DNA of 40,814 nt from Candidatus Desantisbacteria bacterium (GTDB lineage: Bacteria; JACRDZ01). Below the pieces are notes generated by a model, which worked only from the letters and a program-made list of their open reading frames with translations, made no database searches and was not told where the DNA came from. Positions 8,701 to 16,500 of the stretch are shown in pieces. The DNA lies in NCBI GenBank assembly GCA_016209155.1, contig JACQWU010000022.1, forward strand, positions 1 to 40,814, given 5' to 3'. The first letter of the stretch is position 1. Each line of letters opens with the position of its first letter. A program made the translations under genes and the position numbers.

Positions 8701-10581
8701 ATTGAGATTAATGCACTGACGAATGCTTTTAGAAAATACACAGATAAGAGGCACTTCTGTGCAATCGGATCAGTGAAAACCAATATCGGACATACAAATA
8801 TGGCTGCTGGGGTTGCCAGCTTGATCAAGGTACTCCTTTGTTTGAAACACAAGGAAATTCCATCCTTACTCAATTTTGAACGTGTAAACAAACATATTAA
8901 TTTTGAAGATAGCCCATTTTATGTGAATACTGAGCTTAAGGGTTGGGAAACAGAGAATGGAGTTCCAAGGTATGCTGCTGTCAGCTCATTTGGCTTTAGC
9001 GGAACGAATGCTCATTTAGTGGTCAGAGAGGCATGTGAACAAAAAATGAGGCAAAGAGTAAGCTCCTCAAGGTCTTGGCATCTTATTGTGCTTTCAGCGA
9101 AAACTGAAGAGTCTCTTAGACGCAAGTGGAAAGATCTTATAGAATGGCTTGAAAATGAGGAAGACGGTCACCTCATAGAAGATATTGCTGGAACATTACA
9201 GATTGGAAGAAGTCATTTCCAAATTCGTTTTGCAACAGTAGTAAGCAATGCAGGTGAGCTTAGGAAAAACCTTAGGGCTATTATAGAGGGCAGAGAGGCG
9301 AGCGATTATCTCACTGGGACACTCGACGAAGGACAAACTAAACTTGAGCCTTCGCTGAAACTGCTTGGAAAGAAACTGATTGATGATCTTGAAAATATTG
9401 GGATTCCTGAAATTGAATACAAAGATAAGCTTATGACCTTAGCAAATCTGTATATAAAGGGTTATGACATAGATTGGAATAGGATATATACTAATGGAAC
9501 ATGGCATCGTATTGCCCTACCAACCTATCCTTTTGCTGAAGAGCGATATTGGATACCGGAACAAAAGACTCCTAAAGCTGTAAATGATGGAAGACATCAT
9601 TTCACAAAACTGCATCCATTGATTGATGCAAATACATCTACCTTGGAAAAGCATGAATTTACCGTGCAGCTGAGAGGTAATGAATTTTATCTCGCAGACC
9701 ATATCATAGTAGGGAATAAAGTGCTGCCGGCAGTTGCCTATATAGAAATGGCACGCGCAGCAGGAGAGATAGCAGGTAAAAAGAGGGTGCGGTCCATTAG
9801 GAATCTTGTCTGGATGAAGCCCTTGATCATAGAAGATCAGCCTCAAGACGTGTGCGTGAGCTTGAATCTGAATGGTAAGGCGGTTGATTATAAGATAAGC
9901 AAGATTGAAGAAAATGGACGGAGTACATTGCATTCTCAGGGAACAATTGAATATGATGATAATGAAAACAACCTGTCTAATCCTAATGTAATTAATATTG
10001 AGACAATTAGAAAGAGATGTTGTGGATTAAAGAGTAGAGAGGATTTCTATAAAGAATTTCATAGTAAGGGGTTAAAGCTTGGACCTAGTTTTCAATCAAT
10101 TCAGGAACTATTGATCGGTGACACCGAAGTAGTATCCCGCATAAAGTTACCGGATAGTCTTGCAGAAGGAGCGCATGAGTTTATCTTGCATCCTGCATTA
10201 ATGGATGGAGCATTGCAGACAGTTTCAGGTCTGATAGGAAATGATGTGAGAGAGTGCTCTGAAACTGTTTATGTTCCATTTTCGATAGGAGAAGTTCATA
10301 TACATGGACATTTGGCAAAAGAGTGCTTTGCTTATGTAACCATGACGCCTGTGCAGTCTGTTACTGATTACAGCGTGTCTAAATTTGATATTTGGATAGT
10401 AAATGAAGAAGGATACGTATTGATACACTTAAAAGATCTCTCGGTTAGAGCGCTAGATAATACATCAAGGGCTTCAAAGGAAGCACGTGATGAGGAGATA
10501 ATAAGTTTATTGGAAATGCTTAGTAGTAGTAAATTGTGTGCTGATGATGTTGAGCAGCGTATTATGAAAGGGGATAAGTGA
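2758..10581 (+). CDS. trans-AT polyketide synthase, continuation of the same frame: (KS1 C-term)-DH-KR-cMT-ACP-KS2-DH
   Basis: Same reading frame as 1582-2757. Domains read from motifs, with approximate nt positions:
- KS1 C-terminal part, to ~3125 (HGTGTKLGDPIE, SNIGHTSAAAG, GTNAHIVIEEY)
- KS flanking subdomain, ~3170-3650 (LPTYPFACERYWVP)
- DH1, ~3688-4490 (HPLL, LADHIVNSQRILPGVAYLEM, HPALMDGALQ)
- KR1, ~4510-5800 (GGAGGIG near 5245, VLRD)
- C-MT1, ~6060-7135 (ILEVGAGTGGT, GANVLHAT)
- ACP1, ~7315-7545 (GVDSI, Ser codon 7420-7422)
- KS2, ~7765-9030 (Cys 8266-8268, AHGTGT, NIGH)
- flanking subdomain, ~9060-9560
- DH2, ~9610-10455
- helical C-terminal tail
There is no AT domain. Confidence 0.9.
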   Translation: MHGTGTKLGDPIELEALSTVFKERTHQKKFCAVGSVKSNIGHTSAAAGVASVQKVILCLKYKKLVPTLHFKNPNEHFNFDDSPFYVNTQLRPWEDRKGKLLRACVSSFGFSGTNAHIVIEEYRPRNDMAQTAMLISKDKPVLFVFSAKREQQLKIYAECMKNWIESNEDFNLSDMAYTLQMGREEMDYRLVFIADSREALLIKLKGFIENSHVAGFLTAQVKKSKDGVTIFETDEDAKSLLRTWMKKGKLKNIAELWVKGLNMDWEELYDDIKPRRISLPTYPFACERYWVPAIKAESSCGKAAYITAADIHPLLHRNTFDLSEQRFSSTFTGKEFFLADHIVNSQRILPGVAYLEMAYAALCRIKVGTVKGLSNVVWLRPLEVGENSVEVHIIINERYQYEIQSSDHEGQSRVHCQGELCLNDHEGGREQRLLIEEIKVRCTHRIDNQTLYERIRKFGIEHGPSMQGVCEVWVGKDEALAVLEVPHGREDVGYYTLHPALMDGALQSIAGLMDGSTTNNRSPRLPFSVESMEVLHPIKAQGYAYVKVSDKERFNIEITDKSGLVCLRVYNLALREMRDPFDSFFYVPTWKEAFQTVQTSRETKHVGRRIIIIYHEDSGGLERELAKAHAGDEVVMLKLGSKTVRHSEYHWEIEEKDPESLGRCVEQIEALHTVYHLGGIGDSEVILNDPKSLKRSQERGVISLFRLIKSLSRQGYYLRPLNLKVITNNVHQVIHDGDAIRPYGASLHGLVKSAAKEYPKWSLSCIDISLQDMHEKHLLAEAIIAEQGNPMGNEVAIRKGRRYVRVIEPILLPAVNQSPFKHEGVYLIIGGAGGIGLELSRHLAETVQAKLVLIGRSELKKKQKEKISLIESRGGQVLYLRADITDLESMRKAVKEAKVCFGRINGVIHSAIVLRDKTIENMDEEMFMEALNPKVKGSLVLRAAIESDKLDFMMFFSSVQSFIGAAGQGNYAAGCAFKDAFAQYLNATEPYPVKIINWGYWGSVGVVDSEEYNRRMAAKRISSIFPSEGMEAVRRVMGNRTNQVIPLKADRAVLKQLGVDLAYPLHLYPLEIPSVLDGALSQVRAPEMDSSILEQLPKAMDELERFGSLSLLDAFHRMGVFHRHDEKYEKEELKKKLKIISRYSRLFDALLRILERSGFITLKEKEVFITEDSAIIKVQDAVKEFEKKKNELALIHLELRAHLNLLSTCVKEYPRILTGDIPATDIMFPHTSMELVKGIYKGNLLVDFFNSLVVWSLRAYIQALIPNLGKDDKIKILEVGAGTGGTSAAIFDGIREYRERLQYLYTDISVAFTQYGEKHYGGENPYVEFRVLNIEDDPINQGYGAGEFDVVIGANVLHATKAIRTTLRNIKILLKTNGCLIINELTKNNNFATLTFGLLEGWWLFEDEENRLKGSPLLSPDLWERVLKEEGFERVHIVRQSNSSVQESGQSIVIAESNGIVKQLRSQAIPAERSISEPQRSRHSLSAPHVIVKGSCKPNQDATRSQDEEAQQKTDEEDIRHYAEEKIIECLIYALKIDRRHFDPITPFTEFGVDSILAVEIINQVNEKLGVTLRTTDLFNYSTIGMLSEYIAKEFGEILICKTTTHNKMPAEIRTEELFKTNSESSSIQRETQEGDNYAAASNIKGEGFRDCAQETTRHSSQTTHAEDSDIAIIGISGRFPGANDINEYWMNLKSGKNSIDELKRWKLNTFYDPDPQAPDKSYCKWGGMLEDIDKFDPLFFNISPKEAELMDPQQRLFLEEAWKALEDAGYSDRELEGKRCGVFVGSGAGDYTTILKERDISPDAYAFVGNSQSILAARISYFLNLKGPGIAIDTACSSSLVAIHLACESILSGTCELAITGGVTILTTSSFHIMASRAGMLSPDGQCKVFDHNANGFVPAEGVGAVVLKPLEQALRDGDHIYGVIVGSGINQDGRTNGITAPSGPSQTALECEVYNRYRIHPERITYIDAHGTGTKLGDPIEINALTNAFRKYTDKRHFCAIGSVKTNIGHTNMAAGVASLIKVLLCLKHKEIPSLLNFERVNKHINFEDSPFYVNTELKGWETENGVPRYAAVSSFGFSGTNAHLVVREACEQKMRQRVSSSRSWHLIVLSAKTEESLRRKWKDLIEWLENEEDGHLIEDIAGTLQIGRSHFQIRFATVVSNAGELRKNLRAIIEGREASDYLTGTLDEGQTKLEPSLKLLGKKLIDDLENIGIPEIEYKDKLMTLANLYIKGYDIDWNRIYTNGTWHRIALPTYPFAEERYWIPEQKTPKAVNDGRHHFTKLHPLIDANTSTLEKHEFTVQLRGNEFYLADHIIVGNKVLPAVAYIEMARAAGEIAGKKRVRSIRNLVWMKPLIIEDQPQDVCVSLNLNGKAVDYKISKIEENGRSTLHSQGTIEYDDNENNLSNPNVINIETIRKRCCGLKSREDFYKEFHSKGLKLGPSFQSIQELLIGDTEVVSRIKLPDSLAEGAHEFILHPALMDGALQTVSGLIGNDVRECSETVYVPFSIGEVHIHGHLAKECFAYVTMTPVQSVTDYSVSKFDIWIVNEEGYVLIHLKDLSVRALDNTSRASKEARDEEIISLLEMLSSSKLCADDVEQRIMKGDK

Positions 10582-13500
10582 GTAAACAAAGTTTAGACCT
10601 GAAAAAAATTCTTGAAATGGTGAAAAACAAACAAATAGCACCAAAAGAGGGATTTAAGTTAATCAAGCAGGTTCAACAGGGGATATCACAGGCAATAGAA
10701 GTTGCTGGTGATTTGGAGAACTCTGCTTCTCTCTATTATCAAATGCAATGGGAAAAGTCTGAAGCACCTGCAGAAAGTGAAAAAAAGAATCCATTGGCGA
10801 GTGTTTTGCTTTTTGCCACTGATGAGGGGGTATTTAAAACAATACAAAATCTAAAAGATTATGAAGGGAATGAATCATCAGTGATAATGGTTAAATATGG
10901 TGAATCTTATAGGGCTTTTGGTAAGCTGATATATGAAATTAATCCAGAAAGCCGTGAGGATTACTATCACCTCATCAAGGAACTGAGGAAAGAGGAATTG
11001 CTGCCGAGTAAAGTTATTTACCTCCGATCAGGAAAATCTTTATCCAATAATGAAGAAATCCTAATATCTCAGTTCAGGCAAGATGTATATCCAGTACTGT
11101 TTCTGAGCCAAGCAATTCTCGATGAGGGGATAAGAGATAAAATCAAATTTCTTTACATCTATTTATGTCAGAGCGATGAGCTGTACCCTCAGTATGCAGC
11201 AATGGGTGGATTTGCAAGGTCTGTTCACCTTGAGAACCAGAGGTTCTTTTTCAAGGTGATTGGTGTACGGAGTATGTCAAACTCCAATCAAATTGCCAAT
11301 ATAATAGCGTATGAATTTGAAACTGAAGATGCTGAGGCTGAGGTCTTATATGACGGAGATAACCGGTTAATAAGGCGTTGGAAGGAGATTGAAACAGAAA
11401 ATGACAAGGGAAAATCAGTACAATTGAGAGACAGGGGAGTGTATGTGATCACAGGCGGAACAGGCGGACTTGGACTGATCTTTGCTGAATATTTAGCCAA
11501 AAATGTGAGGCCGAGATTGGTGCTGGTAGGACGTTCCGAACTAACTGCGGACAAACAGAAAAGGATAAAAGATATAGAGGCATTGGGGGCTGACATAGAG
11601 TACATCAGGGCTGATGTATCCAAAAGAGAAGAGGTTGAAGAACTTATAGCCAAGATAAAGTCTCGCTTTATGGAAGTTCATGGCGTAATTCACGCTGCAG
11701 GAGTGATCAATGATTCTTTTGTAGTGAAGAAAACAAAGGAAGAGATGGATGAAGTCCTGTCTCCGAAGGTGTACGGAACAATCTGGTTAGATGAGTTGAC
11801 AAAAGAAGAGCCATTGGACTTTTTTATAACGTTTTCCTCAATAGCGGGGATAATAGGTAATATAGGGCAATGTGATTATGCATATGCAAACAGCTTTATG
11901 AACTATTATGCTGAAAAGAGGGCGGCATTAGGACGGCACGGCAAAACTCTTTCCATTATATGGCCATTGTGGAAAAAGGGGGGAATGAGAATTGATGAAC
12001 AGACAGAGAAATTATTGAGCGACACAATGGGAATAAGATTGATGGATCGAGAAACTGGACTGATGGCGATTGAAAAGGGGTTAAGATTGGGAGGAAGCCA
12101 TCTTATTCCCTTGGTAGGCGATACAGATAAAATAAGGCTTAGATTTGATAATATAGAAAGTCTGTCTTTATTAAAGACAGATGCCATGCAAACTTTGACG
12201 CAAACAGATGAGGTGAGTTTAACGAAAAATCTTCAAAAGGATATGTTGAGTCTCGTGTCGGATATTTTGAAGATCGATGAGAAAAGAATCAATCTTGATA
12301 GTAGCCTGACTAAGTTTGGATTTGACTCCATAACTTTTACAGAACTGGCAAATAAGATCAACGATAAGTATCACATTACCATTATGCCCACGGTGTTCTT
12401 TGAGCATTCATCTTTGAGATCAATAGTTTCATATTTGATCAAAGAACAAAGAGACAGTATGATTTATTACTACAAGAGCAAAATGAGCGTACCGATCAAT
12501 GCGTTAGCTGACAGTTTGATACAGAAAAAAGCTGATGAGAAGATAGCGGAGACGGAAACGATAGTCCGATCTCGGTATAATAAAAGTCACGAGGAGTTCA
12601 GAGAGCAAGGAAGGACGGCTATAAAAGATAATATAGCAATCGTTGGGATGAGTGGAGTAATGCCACAATCAGAGGATCTTGAGGAATTTTGGAGACATTT
12701 AGAGGAAGGTAGAGATATGATCACTCAAATTCCTATAGACCGGTGGGACTGGAAGGAATACTATGGCGACCCGATAACAGAGGCTAACAAGACCAACATA
12801 AAGTGGGGCGGATTCATGAAAGAGGTGGATAAATTTGATCCCCTGTTTTTTAATATCTCACCTTATGAAGCAGAACTGATGGATCCTCAAGAAAGAATTA
12901 TCATTGAATTGATATGGAAGACCATAGAGGATTCCGGATACAGGGCATTGGATTTCTCAGGTACAAAGACCGGACTTTTCATTGGGATATCTAGTGCAGA
13001 CTACCGAGAGTTAATGATAGAGCAACACATGTCAATGGGAGTAAGTCAATCAATAATAGCCAATCGAGTATCTTACTGCTTTAATTTTCGAGGTCCGAGT
13101 GAACCTGTGGATACAGCCTGCTCAAGCTCACTAGTCGCAATTCATCGTGCTGTAGAAGCGATCCAAAATGGCCATTGTGATACTGCGTTTGCAGGAGGGA
13201 TCAATGTTATTGCGAGTCCGAATTTGTATGTTGTGTTCAGCAGAATGGGTGCTCTCTCTGACAATGGCAAGTGTAAGACCTTTGACAAAAATGCGAACGG
13301 GTATGTCAGAGGAGAGGGAGCAGGGATTCTCATGCTCAAGTCTTTGAGCAGGGCTGAGGCAGATGGAGATTATATTTACGGCGTAATTAAGGGGACAGCG
13401 GTAAACCATGGAGGCCGTGCCAGCTTTTTTACCGCACCTAATCCCAATGCCCAGGCAGAGGTGCTGATAGAAGCTTATGAGAGAGCAGGAGTAGACCCTT

Positions 13501-16500
13501 CGACATTGAGTTACATAGAGACGCATGGAACAGGGACAAGTCTTGGGGATCCTATTGAAATTGAGGGTTTAAAGAAGGCATTCAAGGAGCTCTATAAGAG
13601 ATGTAATAAACCTATATCGAAAAAGGCGCACTGTGGATTAGGATCAGTAAAGACTAACATAGGTCATTTGGAAGCAGCATCAGGTGTGGCAGGTGTGATC
13701 AAGGTATTATTAGCTATGAAGCACCAGCGGCTCCCAGGATTGCTTAATTTTAAGGAGATGAATCCATATATTCAGTTAGAAGGCAGTCCTTTTTATATCA
13801 TAACCGAGTCAATGGCATGGGGTCGCTTAAGGGATGAAGAGAAAATGCCTATACCGCTTAGGGCAGGAGTGAGCTCTTTTGGCATGGGAGGGGTTAATGC
13901 TCACGTAGTGCTTGAGGAGTATAGGGACAATAATAAACAAATCATAGCAGAAAATAAGGAGACCCAGGTGTTTGTGCTATCGGCAAAGAATGAAAAGCAG
14001 TTGAAGGAGTATGCCGAGAAGATGGTAAAATTTTTTGACAGGGCATTTGATAAAAAAGAGGTTACCATTGCTAATATCGCCTATACGCTCCAGGTGGGCA
14101 GGGAGGCAATGGAAGAACGGCTTGCACTCATAGTGTCAAGCATACAGGATTTGAAAGAAAAGTTATCTCAATATGCTCAGGGAGCAGAGCATATTGAAAA
14201 TGTATATAGAGGAAATGTAAAAGCGAATAAGGGTATATCAGAACTTTTGGATGGAGGAGAGGAAGAGCATGCATTCATCAGGAGATTAATAGCTGTCAAA
14301 AGGATTAGCAAACTTGCGCAGATGTGGGTGTCAGGAGTAAATATCGAATGGAAGTTACTTCATGAATTGCAAACTACACGCCGTATCGCTCTACCGACTT
14401 ATCCATTTGCAAGAGAGAAGTGCTGGATACCAAAAATAGAACAAGCAGCTGTTATCGCAAGCAACAAACAAGTGCAAGTAACTGAAAGTAGTAACCTGAT
14501 ACATAATAACTATGTCAAAAATTTTGAGCAGGAACAGAGTATAATACCTCATCAAATAGTTAAAAATACGAATTTGGAGAATACAGAAGTACTATTTACT
14601 GCTACCTCAGAGTATTTTAAGAATGTATTTTCATCTGCATTAAAAATAGATTCGAAGATGATTGATATTGAAACAGATTTTCAGGAATATGGACTTGACT
14701 CAATTATGGTTAACCAGCTCAATAAAATCTTAGAAGGAAAGTTTGGCAAATTATCTCCAACATTGCTTTTCACACACAAGAATATAAAAACCTTAACCGG
14801 ATATTTTGTGAAGAACTACATTGAAAAATTGAGATATATCATTGGAGTGTCCCAGAATAATAATAAAGTTAATCTTACAACATCAAAACAGGAGAGACAA
14901 ATAGGAGAGGTCATCAAGGAGACAAGCAATAAGGATTCGTATAATGAAGAAATCGCAATCATCGGTCTAAGCGGGCAATTTCCCTTAGCCAGTAATGTAG
15001 ATGAGCTCTGGGAGAATTTAAAAGCAGGAAGAGATTGCATTACTGAGGTTCCCAAAGAGAGATGGGATTATAAAGAGTTTTATGATCCGGAAAAAAGGAA
15101 AATAGGGAAAACATGCTGCAAGTGGGGCGGATTCCTTAAAGAAGTGGACAAGTTCGATCCCGCTTTTTTCAATATAAATCCCGAAGAAGCTGTGATAATG
15201 GATCCGCAGGAGAGGTTGTTTTTACAAACCGTATGGGCATGCCTTGAGGACGCAGGATATACGCGTACAATGTTAAAAGATAATAATACAAAAGACATAG
15301 GTGCGGCTGTAGGGGTATTCGTAGGAGCGAGTTTTCATTCCTATCCGCTGCACGTTGCGGAACAATGGAAAAAAGGTGTATTAGTCCCATTACATACGCA
15401 AACATTTTCCATAGCAAATCGCATATCGTATTTCTTTAATCTCAGCGGTCCGAGCGTCTCAATGGACACTGCGTGTTCTTCATCGCTTTATGCCCTCCAT
15501 CTTGCCTGTGAAAGCATTAGAAGAGGAGAATGCAGGTTTGCAATAACCGGAGGAGTGAATCTTCCATTGCATCCCAGTCAATACATAACTCTATCTGCGG
15601 TAGGCATGCTTTCCGCTCAGGGTCATTGCCGATCATTTGGTGAAGGCGCGGATGGGATGGTTCCCGGAGAAGGTGTAGATGCAGTACTTCTGAAACCTCT
15701 TAAAGATGCAATAAGAGATCGAGATCATATCTATGCTGTAATTAAGGGAACTGCTGCAAATAATGACGGCAAAACCTATGGTTATACTACCCCGAATCCG
15801 ATTGCCCAGTCTGAAGTCATCAGGAAGGCCTTAACGAAATCGAATGTGGATACTAAAACAATAAGTTATATTGAGGCGCATGGAACCGGCATTGTCTTGA
15901 GCGATACGATAGAGATAGAAGCATTGAGCAACGCATACGAATCTTATTCAAAAGAGAGGAACTATCGCGCGATCGGATCCATAAAATCCAATATTGGCCA
16001 CATAGAAGCACCGGGTGGAATAGCTGGCTTAATTAAAGTGCTGCTACAGATGAAATATAAACTATTAGTACCTTCGATTCATTCTGAAAAATTGAACTCA
16101 CATATAAATTTTGAGAACACACCTTTTTATGTTCAACAGAAACTGGAAGAATGGAAACAACCGGTTATAGAGGAAAATGGAAAAGTTAAAATATATCCGA
16201 GACGCGCAGGCCTGAGTTCGTTCGGCGCAGGTGGAGTAAACGTACATATTATAGTAGAAGAGTATCCTTCTTTTGGCGCAGACCATAGTTGCACGGGCAA
16301 GGATAATCTAATTCCTTCAGCTTCATCACTAATTAATGCTGTAATGAATGAGGTAAGGCCATTATTGATTCAGTCGTTTAATAAAATCGACATAAACCTC
16401 TATGAAAAAGGATATAAGGATTTGAATAAGTGGACCCGTCTTTTGCTGTTAAACGCTTTCCAAAATATGGGCCTATTTAATAAATCCGAAGAAAGATATC

